DNA of 64,000 bases from Polyangia bacterium (GTDB lineage: Bacteria > Myxococcota_A > Polyangia > Nannocystales > Nannocystaceae): NCBI GenBank assembly GCA_030430565.1, contig JAUIKS010000004.1:333992-397991 (forward strand). The letters run 5' to 3'. The notes below the pieces were generated by a model, which was not told the DNA's origin, did no database searches, and saw nothing but the letters and a program-made list of their open reading frames with translations. Made by a program: the position numbers and the translations under genes. Below, piece by piece: positions 9,433 through 19,891 of the stretch. Numbering within the stretch: position 1 is the stretch's first letter; the number at the start of each line of letters is the position of its first letter.

Positions 9433-10572
9433 TCAGCCGCTCTCGCCGCGCAGGAGGACCTGCGGCGCGTCCTTCGACGCGCGCGCGACGACGCGTCCGA
9501 GCTCGATGGGCGACTCGCCGGCGCGCTCGAGGGCCGTGAGCGCGCGCTGTCTGTGGGCGGGGTCGATGTAGAGGATCATCCCGAGCCCGCAATTAAAGGT
9601 TCGCCGCAGCTCCTCCTGCGCGACGCCCTGCTTCGCGACGCAGCGCATGACCGGGGGCAGGGGGACGCGCGAGAGGTCGAGCTCGACCGCGAGCGTCGGC
9701 GGGAGCGCGCGCTGGGGGTTCTCGAGCAGCCCGCCGCCGGTGATGTGGGCCGCCCCGCGCAGCGCGAGCTCCTCGGGCGTCGCGTGTTGATCGAGGGCGC
9801 GCAGGGCCGCGAACGCGGGCTCGTAGATTCGGGTCGGCGTGAGCAGGACATCGCCGACGGACTCGCCCGCGCCGCCGGGGAGCGGGGCGTCGAGCGCGAG
9901 GCCGGCGTAGGCGGGGTCGAGCAGGGCCTTGCGCGCGAGGCTGTAGCCGTTGCTGTGCAGGCCGCTCGAGCGCAGGCCGATGGCGAGCTCGCCCTCGCGC
10001 ACCCGCGCGGGCCCGCGGACGCGCGCCCGATCGACGACGCCGACGGCGAAGGCCGCGAGGTCGTAGTGGCCGTCTCGGTACATGCCGGGCAGCTCGGCGG
10101 TCTCGCCCCCGAGCAGCGCGGCGCCGGCCTGCGTGCAGCCGTCGGTGATGCCGACGACCAGCGACTCGATCAGCCCCGGGCGCACGCGGCCGGTGGCGAT
10201 GTAGTCGAGCAGAAACAGCGTCTGCGCGCCGGTGACGAGCAGGTCGTTGACGCACATCGCCACGAGGTCGACGCCGACGGTGTCGTGACGATCGAGCATG
10301 ATCGCGACGAGCAGCTTGGTGCCCACGCCGTCGGTGCAGGACACCAGCACCGGCTCGGCGAAGCCGGTCGGCATGGCCATGAGGCCAGCAAAGCCCCCGA
10401 GGCCCTCGAGGCCCTCCTGCTCGGGCCTCCGGGTCCGCGCGACGAGCGTTTGGATCCGCCGGACCGCCTCGTTGCCCGCGTCGATGTCGACGCCCGCGCT
10501 CGCGTAGGTCAGCGTCGAGGCCGGGCCGCGCTCGTCATCACCGGCGTTCTTCGGGTGTGAAGGGGTGTTCAC
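9433..10572 (-). CDS. purM: Phosphoribosylformylglycinamidine cyclo-ligase (AIR synthetase)
   Basis: Reads LTYASAGVDIDAGNEAV...GLHSNGYSL, typical PurM. The start is placed at an in-frame GTG (VNTPSHP). The longer ORF-track start at 10743 is probably an over-extension. Confidence 0.85.
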   Translation of the reverse strand: MNTPSHPKNAGDDERGPASTLTYASAGVDIDAGNEAVRRIQTLVARTRRPEQEGLEGLGGFAGLMAMPTGFAEPVLVSCTDGVGTKLLVAIMLDRHDTVGVDLVAMCVNDLLVTGAQTLFLLDYIATGRVRPGLIESLVVGITDGCTQAGAALLGGETAELPGMYRDGHYDLAAFAVGVVDRARVRGPARVREGELAIGLRSSGLHSNGYSLARKALLDPAYAGLALDAPLPGGAGESVGDVLLTPTRIYEPAFAALRALDQHATPEELALRGAAHITGGGLLENPQRALPPTLAVELDLSRVPLPPVMRCVAKQGVAQEELRRTFNCGLGMILYIDPAHRQRALTALERAGESPIELGRVVARASKDAPQVLLRGESG

Positions 10573-10784
10573 GCGAGGTCTCACTTTGTGGGCGGTTTTT
10601 CGCGTCGCGTGTGCCAACTCAACCGTTCGCGCACGCGGGGCGACGCCGCTCCCCGATAGCAGGGCGGCGTCGCGTGGGCAACGGCGCTTGCGAACATTCA
10701 TGGCCGGGGTGATGATGCCGAGCGGCGCGCTGCGGACGTTCAAGACCCCCGACAGAGCGGGGGCGTCCCGCGCGTCGCGGACGG

Positions 10785-11708
10785 ATGTCGATGGCCTGGT
10801 GGCGACGAAAGAAACAACCGCTTGACCGAGAGTCAGCCGGGAACAAGGTGTCCATGGGCAGCGGCCTGTGGACCAAGTGCAGCGGCTGCGGCGAGATCAC
10901 GTACTCGCAGGAGCTCGTGCAGAACCTCCGCGTGTGCCCGGTGTGCGGGCATCATCACCCGCTGCCGACGCGCGAGCGGATCGCGGCGATGATCGACGAG
11001 GGGACGTGGGAGGAGCTCGACCACGAGCTGCGCTCCGGCGACCCGCTGCAGTTCCAGGATCAGAAGGCCTACAAGGATCGGATCAAGAAGGCGGAGAAGA
11101 ACGCGGGCAAGGGCGACGCCTTCGCCAGCGGCCTCGGCGAGATCGCCGGCGTGCCGGTCAGCGCGGGCTTCTTCGTGTTCGAGTTCATGGGCGGCTCGAT
11201 GGGCTCGGTCGTCGGCGAGAAGGTCACCCGGGTGTTCGAGCGCGGGCTCGAGCGCGGCATCCCGGTCGTGATCTTCTCGGCCTCCGGCGGCGCGCGCATG
11301 CAGGAGGGCATCCTCTCGCTGATGCAGATGGCGAAGACCTCGGCGGCGCGCGGGCGCCTGCGCGAGCGCGGGATCCCGTACATCTCGGTGTGCCTGCACC
11401 CGACCACGGGCGGCGTCGCGGCGAGCTTCGCGATGCTGGGCGACATCATCCTGACCGAGCCGGGCGCGCTGGTCGGCTTCGCGGGTCCGCGCGTGATCCA
11501 GCAGACGATCGGGCAGGAGCTGCCGAGCGGCTTTCAGCGGGCCGAGTTCTTGATCGAGCACGGCATGATCGATCGGATCGTCAGCCGCCTCGAGCTGCGC
11601 GAGCACATCGGCCTGCTGCTGCGGATGCTCCGGGGCGAGCTCGCCGCGCCGCAGATGAGCGAGCCATCGGACGCCGCCGAGGCGGCGGAGCCCGCCGCGG
11701 CGACGTGA
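10785..11708 (+). CDS. accD: Acetyl-CoA carboxylase carboxyltransferase beta subunit
   Basis: N-terminal Zn-ribbon (WTKCSGCGEI...CPVCGHH) and the carboxyltransferase core (GGSMGSVVGEK, SASGGARMQEG). Confidence 0.9.
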   Translation: MSMAWWRRKKQPLDRESAGNKVSMGSGLWTKCSGCGEITYSQELVQNLRVCPVCGHHHPLPTRERIAAMIDEGTWEELDHELRSGDPLQFQDQKAYKDRIKKAEKNAGKGDAFASGLGEIAGVPVSAGFFVFEFMGGSMGSVVGEKVTRVFERGLERGIPVVIFSASGGARMQEGILSLMQMAKTSAARGRLRERGIPYISVCLHPTTGGVAASFAMLGDIILTEPGALVGFAGPRVIQQTIGQELPSGFQRAEFLIEHGMIDRIVSRLELREHIGLLLRMLRGELAAPQMSEPSDAAEAAEPAAAT

Positions 11709-12985
11709 GGGCGGGAGCGGGCGCGCCCGCCTGGCAGCGCGCGTTGCTGGAGCGGCGCGCGCTGGGGGTCGAGCTCACGCTCGAGGCGGTCCGGCGCGTG
11801 TACGAGGCGCTGGGGCGCCCGGCCGGCGCGACGCCGGCGATCCTCATCGTCGGCACCAACGGCAAGGGCTCGACCGCGGCGATGTGCGCCCACGCGCTGC
11901 AGCGCCGCGGCCTCCGCGTGGGGCTGTACACCAGCCCGCACCTGCACCGCGTCGGCGAGCGCGTCCGCGTCGACGGGGCGGCGCTCTCCGACGCCGCGCT
12001 CGAGGGACATGTCGAAACAGTCCTGTCTGCGGAGTCCGGTTGCTCAGCGCGCGGCGAGCTCGCGCGCGCGCTGACCTTCTTCGAAGTGCTGACGCTCGCG
12101 GCGATGGTCGGCTTCGCGGCGGGCGGCGCCGAGGCGCTGGTGCTCGAGGCCGGGCTCGGCGGGCGGCTCGACGCGACGCGGGTCGGGGGCGCGGTGGTCA
12201 CCGCGATCGCGCCGATCGGGCTCGACCACGCGCGCTACCTCGGCGACACCATCGAGCTGATCGCGGGGGAGAAAGCCGCGGTGATCGACGCCCGAGCGGC
12301 CTGCGTGTGCGCGCCGCAGCGCCCCGCGGCGGAGGCGGTGATCCGGAGGATCGCGGCCGCGCGCGGGGTCACGCCGCGGTTTGTCACCCCGCTGCCGCGA
12401 GCGCCCGAGGGGCTGCCGGGCGCGCATCAGCGGGTCAACGGCGCGCTCGCGCTGGCGGCGGTCGAGGAGCTGTTGGCGAAGATGACCGAGAAGATCAGGC
12501 GCGGGCCGGTCGACGCGTCGCTGCTCGACGGCGTGGGCTGGCCGGGTCGTCTCGAGCGCGTGTCGCTCGGCGGCGGCGCGGTGGTGCTCGACGTGGCCCA
12601 CAACCTCGACGGCGTCGCGGCGCTCGTCGAGTTCGCGCGCGCGCAGCCCGAGGCGGAGCGCGCGATCGTGTTCGGCTGTATGGCGGACAAGGACGCCGAC
12701 GGGATGCTGGCGCGGCTCTCCGAGCTGCGCGCGCCGATCTGGCTCGTGCCGCTCGCCGCCTCCGGCTCCTGGGATCCGACGAGCTTCGCGACGCGCGCGG
12801 ATCGGGTGTTCGCGTCCGTCGATGATCCGGCGCTCACCCGGCTGCGCGATGAGCTGCTGGCCCGCGGCGGTGAGCTGTGGGGCTGCGGATCCGTGTACTT
12901 GATCGCCGAGCTGCGCGCGTGGATCCCCGCGCTCGTGGACGGGCAGGACGCGGTGGCGCTGCAGGATCCGCTGCAGCGTCGCTGA
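11705..12985 (+). CDS. folC: Bifunctional folylpolyglutamate synthase / dihydrofolate synthase
   Basis: Mur-ligase P-loop (VGTNGKGST) in the conserved accD-folC arrangement. A GTG start overlaps the accD TGA (GTGA). The long ORF-track frame from 10868 is an upstream extension. Confidence 0.85.
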   Translation: MRAGAGAPAWQRALLERRALGVELTLEAVRRVYEALGRPAGATPAILIVGTNGKGSTAAMCAHALQRRGLRVGLYTSPHLHRVGERVRVDGAALSDAALEGHVETVLSAESGCSARGELARALTFFEVLTLAAMVGFAAGGAEALVLEAGLGGRLDATRVGGAVVTAIAPIGLDHARYLGDTIELIAGEKAAVIDARAACVCAPQRPAAEAVIRRIAAARGVTPRFVTPLPRAPEGLPGAHQRVNGALALAAVEELLAKMTEKIRRGPVDASLLDGVGWPGRLERVSLGGGAVVLDVAHNLDGVAALVEFARAQPEAERAIVFGCMADKDADGMLARLSELRAPIWLVPLAASGSWDPTSFATRADRVFASVDDPALTRLRDELLARGGELWGCGSVYLIAELRAWIPALVDGQDAVALQDPLQRR

Positions 12986-12998
12986 GGATCGCGCTTGA

Positions 12999-13622
12999 TC
13001 AGGTCTGGCTGAACGCGGTGGCGCGTCGCGCGTCGCGGGCGAGGTGCCAGGCGGCCATGACCGCGGCGATCGTGCCGGTGACGAGGCCCGCGGCGAGCAT
13101 GCCGAACAGCGGGAAGATCGCGGTCAGGAACACGGCGATGGCGATGTAGCGGTAGCGCAGCGCGTGATCGATCCGCGCGTTGCGGGCGAGGTCCTGGATG
13201 AGCACGGCGAGCTGCGCCTCGTCCTCGGGCTCGAGGGGCGTGGCGAGTCGACGCGCCGGCAGCCAGGCGTGGTTCCACCACATCAGGCGCGTCGCCATTT
13301 GATGGATGCGCGCGAACTCGGCCTCGATCCCGGGGACGGTCGCCATGATCACGGGGACGGAGTAGCTGCGCAGGCCGGGGATGTAGATGCGCGCCCGGCT
13401 GATGGCGGTGACGGCCTCGACCATGAAGCTGCGGGCCTGGGCCGCCCGGTCCTGGTCGGCGTCGCCCTCGACGCAAAGCAGCGCGAGGTTGAGCGCGTCG
13501 CGGGCCGCGATCAAGTGCCGGTCGGCGGCCGCCTGTTCGTGCTCGTCGAGTCTCCCGTCCCACCGATAGCGGGTGGGGATGGCTGACCGAAAGAGCATGA
13601 GGGAGGTCGGCATCGCGTACAT
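12999..13622 (-). CDS. Hypothetical membrane-anchored protein
   Basis: The ORF ends in a C-terminal TM helix (IAIAVFLTAIFPLFGMLAAGLVTG). The start is uncertain (M81 is chosen; the track gives 13862). Confidence 0.3.
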   Translation of the reverse strand: MYAMPTSLMLFRSAIPTRYRWDGRLDEHEQAAADRHLIAARDALNLALLCVEGDADQDRAAQARSFMVEAVTAISRARIYIPGLRSYSVPVIMATVPGIEAEFARIHQMATRLMWWNHAWLPARRLATPLEPEDEAQLAVLIQDLARNARIDHALRYRYIAIAVFLTAIFPLFGMLAAGLVTGTIAAVMAAWHLARDARRATAFSQT

Positions 13623-13803
13623 GTTCAGCCTAGGAGATATGGGTCGCAGAGGCCACTCAAAGCCCGCGTACGGGCTGTTCATGGGACGAAGATGGCATCT
13701 GCAAAAATCATTCGCAGCGCGCGCGCGGACGATTCCCACGGCTGAACAGCGCGCGCGCGGTTGTTGGGGGACGTGGCCCCCGGACGTCGGCGTCACTCCT
13801 GTG

Positions 13804-14727
13804 TCAGGGCTGCCCGGACGGGTTCTCGTCCGCGCCGCCCTGTCGAAGCTGCTTGGCCTCATCCCAGAACTGATCGAGCAGCTCGAGCGCGACTCGATCG
13901 CGCGCAGGATCGAGGCCGCGCTCGTGGCAGCGACGCATGACGTGCGCGAACCTGGTTTCGAACTTTTTGCAGGTCCCGTGGACAGCTCGCTCGGCGTCGA
14001 CCTCGAGCTTGGAGGCGAAGCGGACCAGCACGAACAGCAGGTCGCCGAGCTCCTCGCGTACGCGGTGGAGCTCGCCGGCCTCGATCGCCTCGTCGAGCTC
14101 GCGCAGCTCCTCGTCGATCTTGGCGCGCGGGCCCGCGAGGTCGGGCCAGTCGAAGCCGACCGTGGCCGCGCGCTCCTGCAGCCGGGCCGCGCGCTGCAGG
14201 GCCGGCAGCGAGCGCGGGATCCCGGCGAGCGGATCGGGCGCGGCGCGCCTGTCTGCGCGCGCCGGTCGACGGGCGCGCTCGCGGGCCTTGATCGCCTTCC
14301 ACTGCGCGTTGACCTCCGCGAGGGTCGGGCGCCGCCCGTCGGGGAGCGTCTCGGGCGCGAACACGTGCGGGTGTCGGCGGATCAGCTTGGAGCGGATGCC
14401 CTCGATGACGCCGTCGAGATCGAAGTTGCCCGCGCGCTCCTGCAGCGCGACCTGAAACACGATCTGAAACAGGAGGTCGCCGAGCTCGTGCCGGTGCTCG
14501 TCGGGGCCTCCGCGGTCGAGCGCGTCGAGGACCTCGTGGGTCTCCTCGAGCAGGTAGGGCCGCAGGCTCTCGAGGGTCTGCTCGCGATCCCAGGGGCAGC
14601 CGCGCTCGTCGTCGAGCAGGCGGTTCATCAGGTCGCGGAGCCCGTCGAGGCCGTCGCGCAGGCCGTGGCGGCGGTGGTCCTCGATCGTGTCAGGCGCGGT
14701 ATCGCGTGCGTCGTCGGGCGTGGGCAT
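13804..14727 (-). CDS. mazG: Nucleoside triphosphate pyrophosphohydrolase MazG (tandem MazG domains)
   Basis: Two EExxE/ELGDLLF-type MazG repeats (ETHEVLDAL...ELGDLLFQIV and ELDEAIE...ELGDLLFVLV). Confidence 0.85.
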   Translation of the reverse strand: MPTPDDARDTAPDTIEDHRRHGLRDGLDGLRDLMNRLLDDERGCPWDREQTLESLRPYLLEETHEVLDALDRGGPDEHRHELGDLLFQIVFQVALQERAGNFDLDGVIEGIRSKLIRRHPHVFAPETLPDGRRPTLAEVNAQWKAIKARERARRPARADRRAAPDPLAGIPRSLPALQRAARLQERAATVGFDWPDLAGPRAKIDEELRELDEAIEAGELHRVREELGDLLFVLVRFASKLEVDAERAVHGTCKKFETRFAHVMRRCHERGLDPARDRVALELLDQFWDEAKQLRQGGADENPSGQP

Positions 14728-14873
14728 CGCCAGGGGGCGATAGCACAGGGGTTACGCGCCTGCGCGAGTGGTGTATCGTCTCGCTTCGCTCATCCCTTCG
14801 ATGCTCTTGTGTCCCCCGCGCCGCGCCGGCGCGCGCGGCGACTCTCGGAACTCTCGGCGCCTGTGGAGCTGCC

Positions 14874-15932
14874 TTGGCGAACCCGATCAAGCTCGTTTTT
14901 GATGACCACGTCCCCCTGCAGTTGATCCTCGGATCGCCGGGTAAAAAATCGAAGAGCGTCGGCGTCGACGCGCTCCAGCGCGAGACCGGGGTCCGCGTGC
15001 ACATCCGCGGCTGCGAGGTCGCGCTGGAGGGCGACGACGAGGCTGAGCTCGTGCTCGTCGAGCGGCTGCTGCGGCAGATGTACGGCCTCGCGCAGGCCGG
15101 GACGCCCGTGCGCTCGAACGACCTCGCGCGCGGCCTGGACATCCTGCGGCGAGACCCCCGGGCCGATCTGCGCGCGGTGTTTCAGGATGTCGTGATCACG
15201 ACGCGCGGGAGCAAGCGCCCGATCGTCCCGCGGACCTTCGCGCAGAAGAACTACGTCGACTGCCTGCGGCGCTTTGACCTGACCTTCGGCGTCGGGCCGG
15301 CGGGCACGGGCAAGACCTACCTCGCGGTCGCGATGGCGGTGCGCCAGCTGCTGGACAAGAAGGTCCGGCGCATCATCCTGACGCGCCCAGCGATCGAGGC
15401 GGGCGAGAACCTCGGCTTCCTGCCGGGGACGCTAGAGGAGAAGGTCAGCCCGTACATGCGGCCGATCTACGACGCGCTGAACGACATGCTGGATGGCCCG
15501 AAGGTCATGCGGATGATGGAGCACGGCACGATCGAGGTCGCGCCGCTCGCGTACATGCGCGGTCGCACGCTCAGCGAGACCTTCGTGATCCTCGACGAGG
15601 CGCAGAACACGACGCCCGAGCAGATGAAGATGTTCCTGACGCGCATTGGCCAGGGCACGCAGGCGGTCGTCACGGGCGACCCCTCGCAGCTCGACCTGCC
15701 GAACGGGCAGCGCAGCGGCTTGGCCCACGCGCTCAAGATCCTGCGCGGCGTCAACGGCATCGCGATCTGCCAATTCACGGCGGCCGATGTCATGCGGCAC
15801 GCGCTGGTGCAGCGGATCATCCTCGCCTACGACAAGGATGATCAGGATCGCGCGGCGCGGAAGCGGGCGGCGCGGCAGAAGACCGCGCGCGCCGCCGAGC
15901 GCGGGCAAAAACCGCCGCCCGCCGACGGTTGA
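14874..15932 (+). CDS. phoH: PhoH-like ATPase
   Basis: Walker A (GPAGTGKTYLAV) and the PhoH core (ILTRPAIEAGENLGFLPG). A TTG start follows GGAG. The ORF-track start at 14706 overlaps mazG and is unlikely. Confidence 0.85.
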   Translation: MANPIKLVFDDHVPLQLILGSPGKKSKSVGVDALQRETGVRVHIRGCEVALEGDDEAELVLVERLLRQMYGLAQAGTPVRSNDLARGLDILRRDPRADLRAVFQDVVITTRGSKRPIVPRTFAQKNYVDCLRRFDLTFGVGPAGTGKTYLAVAMAVRQLLDKKVRRIILTRPAIEAGENLGFLPGTLEEKVSPYMRPIYDALNDMLDGPKVMRMMEHGTIEVAPLAYMRGRTLSETFVILDEAQNTTPEQMKMFLTRIGQGTQAVVTGDPSQLDLPNGQRSGLAHALKILRGVNGIAICQFTAADVMRHALVQRIILAYDKDDQDRAARKRAARQKTARAAERGQKPPPADG

Positions 15933-16066
15933 TCGCGGCGACGCGATAGCGCGCGGGCTCCCGCGCGGGCGCGCCCCCGGCCGCGGGGCCGCGGGCGTAT
16001 CCGCCACGCGGGTGTGCGGTCACACTCGCGTGCGCCCGGCCGCGCGGCCGGCGAGGCAGTGTTGGC

Positions 16067-17857
16067 TTGCCCGCCTCACCGGCGCTGGTTATGGCTGTGT
16101 TCTACATGCCAATCCCGCTGACCAAGCGCAAATCCGCCCCCGCTCGTGTCCCGCCCGCCGAGGATGTCCTCGACGTGATGACGCGGGAGCTCGAGCGGTC
16201 GATCAAGGGCCTCGTCGTGCCGGGCTCGCCGCGACCCTACGAGATGCTCTACGCGCTGCGCCGGGTGGAGACGCTGAGCTTGAGCGCCGCGTACGGCGGG
16301 CTCTGGCGCGACCGGGCCTCGACCCGCAGCTCGATCTACTGCGACATCCGCGTCGGCAACTATCAGTTCGACAACGTGATGGACGGCGGGCTCGACGACC
16401 GGGCCGACGAGCGCGAGAGCGCGGACTGGATCGACGCGCCCGATGACCTCGAGCTGCGGGCGCTGCAGATCGCGCTGTGGAAGCTGACCCAGCTGAAGTT
16501 CGACGAGGCGCTGGAGGACTACTGGGATCACCGCAAGGCGCTGGTCAGCGAGCACCTGCGCCACGAGGTCGGGGCGCTGACCCGCGAGCGCCCGGTGGTG
16601 CACATCGAGCCGCTGTCGGACGACCCGTTCCCGCGGGAGGCGTGGACGCAGGCGCTCATCGAGCTGTCGCGCCGCTTCCTCGAGCACCCCGAGGTCTACG
16701 ACCCCGATCTGACCCTGGCGGCGACGCGGATCCAGCGGTGGCTGGTCACGAGCGAGGGCACGAGGGTGCTCACGGAGGACGTGTACGTGCGCGTCGGCGC
16801 CGAGGGCTGGATCCTCTCCGACGACGGCGTCTACGTCGAGGGCTCGCAGGATCGCTACTTCCGCTCGGTGGCCGCGGTCCCCGGGCGCGACGGGATCGCC
16901 GCGATCGTCGACGCGGTGCTCGCCGACCTCCACGAGCTGCAGACGGCCGAGAGCCCCGGCGCCGTGATCGGCCCGGCGCTGCTCTCGGGGCAGGCCGCGA
17001 GCACGCTGTTTCACGAGGCGCTCGGCCACCGCTTGGAGGGCGAGCGGCTGGTCGCGCGCGGCGAGGCCAAGACCTTCGCCCACAAGCGCGGCGAGCGGAT
17101 CCTGCCCCGCGGGCTCGATATCGTGGATGACCCAACGGTCACCCACGGCGACAACGACGAGGAGCTGTGGGGCAGCTACCGCATCGACGATCAGGGGGTG
17201 CGCGCGCAGCGAGCGTCGCTCGTCGAGGACGGCGTCCTCAAGGGCTTCCTCGGCAGCCGCACACCGATCCCGGGCGCCGCGCGCTCGACCGGTCACGGCC
17301 GCCACGACGGGGTCGAGCGGCCGATGGCTCGCATGGGCAACTTGATCGTCCGCTGCCGCGAGGTCGCCGGCACGCCGTGGGCGCATCTCAAGCAGCGCCT
17401 GCTCGAGATCGCGCGCGAGCAGGGGCGCCGTCACGCGGTCGTGATCAACTCGATCCGCGCCGGCGAGACGTCGACCAGCGACTACGACTTCCAGGTGTTC
17501 AAGGGCGAGCTCGCCGACGTCTCGATGATCGACGTCGAGACCGGGGTCGAGCGGCGGATCCGCGACGTCGAGCTGATCGGCACGCCGCTCGCGGCGCTCC
17601 AGCGGATCGTCGGCTTCGGTCGCGAGTCCGGCGTCGACCAGGGCTACTGCTTCGCCGAGAGCGGCTCGGTGCCGGTCAGCGGGATCGCGCCGCCGATCCT
17701 GCTCTCGGAGCTCGAGCTGCAGCAGCGCAGCACCACCAGCTATCACGAGCCGCTGCTCCCCCCTCCGTTTGCGGATGACGGCTCGCGGGGTCGTCGGCAG
17801 AAGCTCCGCGAGCGCGGTCGTCGCCGACGCGGGAAAGATGCCGGCAAGCGCCGTTGA
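16067..17857 (+). CDS. TldD/PmbA-family metallopeptidase
   Basis: Contains the TldD-type HExxxH motif (FHEALGHRLEGE). Length and Gly-rich segments fit PF01523. It is longer than E. coli TldD. Confidence 0.65.
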   Translation: MPASPALVMAVFYMPIPLTKRKSAPARVPPAEDVLDVMTRELERSIKGLVVPGSPRPYEMLYALRRVETLSLSAAYGGLWRDRASTRSSIYCDIRVGNYQFDNVMDGGLDDRADERESADWIDAPDDLELRALQIALWKLTQLKFDEALEDYWDHRKALVSEHLRHEVGALTRERPVVHIEPLSDDPFPREAWTQALIELSRRFLEHPEVYDPDLTLAATRIQRWLVTSEGTRVLTEDVYVRVGAEGWILSDDGVYVEGSQDRYFRSVAAVPGRDGIAAIVDAVLADLHELQTAESPGAVIGPALLSGQAASTLFHEALGHRLEGERLVARGEAKTFAHKRGERILPRGLDIVDDPTVTHGDNDEELWGSYRIDDQGVRAQRASLVEDGVLKGFLGSRTPIPGAARSTGHGRHDGVERPMARMGNLIVRCREVAGTPWAHLKQRLLEIAREQGRRHAVVINSIRAGETSTSDYDFQVFKGELADVSMIDVETGVERRIRDVELIGTPLAALQRIVGFGRESGVDQGYCFAESGSVPVSGIAPPILLSELELQQRSTTSYHEPLLPPPFADDGSRGRRQKLRERGRRRRGKDAGKRR

Positions 17858-17924
17858 GCGAGCTCCGGTAGCGAGGCGATAGACGCCGCGTCGGAATCAC
17901 CGCGCGACGGCACGCCGCGCGTAT

Positions 17925-19856
17925 ATGCTGAACCGCATGCACGCGACCGAGCCTTCGTCGCTCCGCAGCGTCGAGGAGGCGCTGGCGTGGATCGTCGAGC
18001 ACGCCGCGCGCGAGGGGCTCGAGCTCGAGCGCATCCACGACTTCGGCGGCGCGCTCGTGGGGCTCGAGCTTCGGCGCGGGCGAGCGCGGGTCGTCGTCAC
18101 GCGGGGCGTCGGCTTCACGCCCCGGGAGTTCGGTGTTCTCCTGGTCCTCGGGACAGCTCAAGACCTGTGCGAGGCGCTCGCCGAGCTCGGGAGCCGGCGC
18201 GTGATGACGCAGACGCTGCCGGCCCCGCCCGCGCTTTTGCGGCACGGCGTGCGCGAGGCGCTCGCGGTCGCCGACGCGGTCGGGCGGGCGCGCGTCGCCG
18301 ACCAGCTCGTCGAGGTCGGCATGGCGCTCAACCTCGAGCGCAACCCCCGGCGGGTGCTCGAGCGGATCCTCGGCTACGCCCGCGAGATCACGGCGGCCGA
18401 CGCGGGTTCGATCTACACGATCCGGCGGCGCAAGGCCGAGGACGGCTCGCGCGCGCCCCCGCTGGCGCGCCTGATGATCGCGCACAACGACTCGCGCGAC
18501 GCCGACTACACCGAGTTCAGCTTCCCGGTCAGCGAGGACTCGATCGTCGGCGCGTCGATCCTCAGCGGGCGCAGCATCAACCTCAGCGATCTGTACTCGA
18601 GCACAGGTCGCACGGCGCTCGGCCGGACCTTCACCCACGATCGCAGCCTCGACGAGCGCTTCGGCTACCAGACGCGCTCGATGCTGACGGTGCCGATGTG
18701 CACCCCGGAGGGCGAGGTGCTCGGCGCGTTTCAGCTGATCAACGCCAAGCGCGACCGGCTGCCGCTGCACAGCCCCCGCGACTTCGACCGCCGCGTGGTC
18801 ACGTTCAGCGAGCAGGACGAGCTGCTGTGCGCGTCGCTGGCGACCCAGGGGGCCGTCGCGCTCGAGAACGCGAACCTCTACCGCGACATCCAGGCGCTGT
18901 TCGAGGGCTTCGTGCGCGCGAGCGTGCTGGCGATCGAGCAGCGCGACCCGACGACCAGCGGCCACAGCGAGCGCGTCGCCGGGCTGACGGTCGCGCTCGC
19001 GCAGACGGTTGATCGGGTCTCGAGCGCGCGCTTCGCCGACATCCGCTTCTCGACCGAGGCGCTGCGCGAGATCGAGTACGCGGCGCTCTTGCACGACTTC
19101 GGCAAGGTCGGCGTGCGCGAGGAGATCCTCGTGAAGGCCAAGAAGCTGCACCCCTCGCAGCTCGCGCTGGTGATGGCGCGCTTCGAGCACCTGCGGACCG
19201 TGCTCAAGGTCCGCTTGCTCGAGGCCCAGCTCGCGCGCGCGCGCGCCGGGCAGCCCGAGGACGGCGTCGCGGCGCGCGAGTACGCGGAGGCGCTGGCGAC
19301 GGTCGAGGACTGGCGCGCGGTCGTGGCCCAGGCCAACGAGCCGACGATCCTCGCCGAGGAGGTCGGCTCGCGGATCCATCACGTCGCCGCGCAGTCCTTC
19401 GAAGCGGTCGACGGGCGCCGCGTACACCTGCTCGAAGGGCCAGAACTCGACGCGCTGCTGATCCGGCGCGGGAGCCTGACGCCGGCCGAGCGCGCCGAGG
19501 TCCAGAGCCACGTCAGCCACACCTACGAGTTCTTGAGCAAGATCCCGTGGGGCCGCGCGCTCGCGGGGGTCCCGGAGATCGCGGGCAAGCACCACGAGTA
19601 CCTCAACGGCAGCGGCTACCCGCGCGGGGTCGCGGCGCCGGCGATCCCGATCCAGGCGCGCATGATGACGATCGCCGACATCTTCGACGCCCTGACCGCG
19701 GCGGACCGACCGTACAAGAAGGCGGTGCCGGTCGATCGCGCGCTCGATATCCTCGGCCTCGAGGCCAAGGCGGGGAAGATCGACCCGGAGATCCTCGACG
19801 TGTTCATCGCCGCGCGCGTGTTCGAGGACGGCGAGGGCGGCTCCGAGCGCGCCTGA
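17925..19856 (+). CDS. GAF-domain / HD-GYP phosphohydrolase (putative c-di-GMP phosphodiesterase)
   Basis: A central GAF-like region, then an HD motif (LLHDFGKVGV) and a GYP motif (HHEYLNGSGYPRG). Confidence 0.8.
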   Translation: MLNRMHATEPSSLRSVEEALAWIVEHAAREGLELERIHDFGGALVGLELRRGRARVVVTRGVGFTPREFGVLLVLGTAQDLCEALAELGSRRVMTQTLPAPPALLRHGVREALAVADAVGRARVADQLVEVGMALNLERNPRRVLERILGYAREITAADAGSIYTIRRRKAEDGSRAPPLARLMIAHNDSRDADYTEFSFPVSEDSIVGASILSGRSINLSDLYSSTGRTALGRTFTHDRSLDERFGYQTRSMLTVPMCTPEGEVLGAFQLINAKRDRLPLHSPRDFDRRVVTFSEQDELLCASLATQGAVALENANLYRDIQALFEGFVRASVLAIEQRDPTTSGHSERVAGLTVALAQTVDRVSSARFADIRFSTEALREIEYAALLHDFGKVGVREEILVKAKKLHPSQLALVMARFEHLRTVLKVRLLEAQLARARAGQPEDGVAAREYAEALATVEDWRAVVAQANEPTILAEEVGSRIHHVAAQSFEAVDGRRVHLLEGPELDALLIRRGSLTPAERAEVQSHVSHTYEFLSKIPWGRALAGVPEIAGKHHEYLNGSGYPRGVAAPAIPIQARMMTIADIFDALTAADRPYKKAVPVDRALDILGLEAKAGKIDPEILDVFIAARVFEDGEGGSERA

Positions 19857-19891
19857 ACACTCCGCGGCGACTCGCTGTGCTACAAGCGGGC

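Noticed and set aside
10868-11704. Long N-terminal extension of folC overlapping accD
   Set aside because: It lies in the accD antisense/alternate frame. The conserved FolC N-terminus begins at the GTG overlapping the accD stop.
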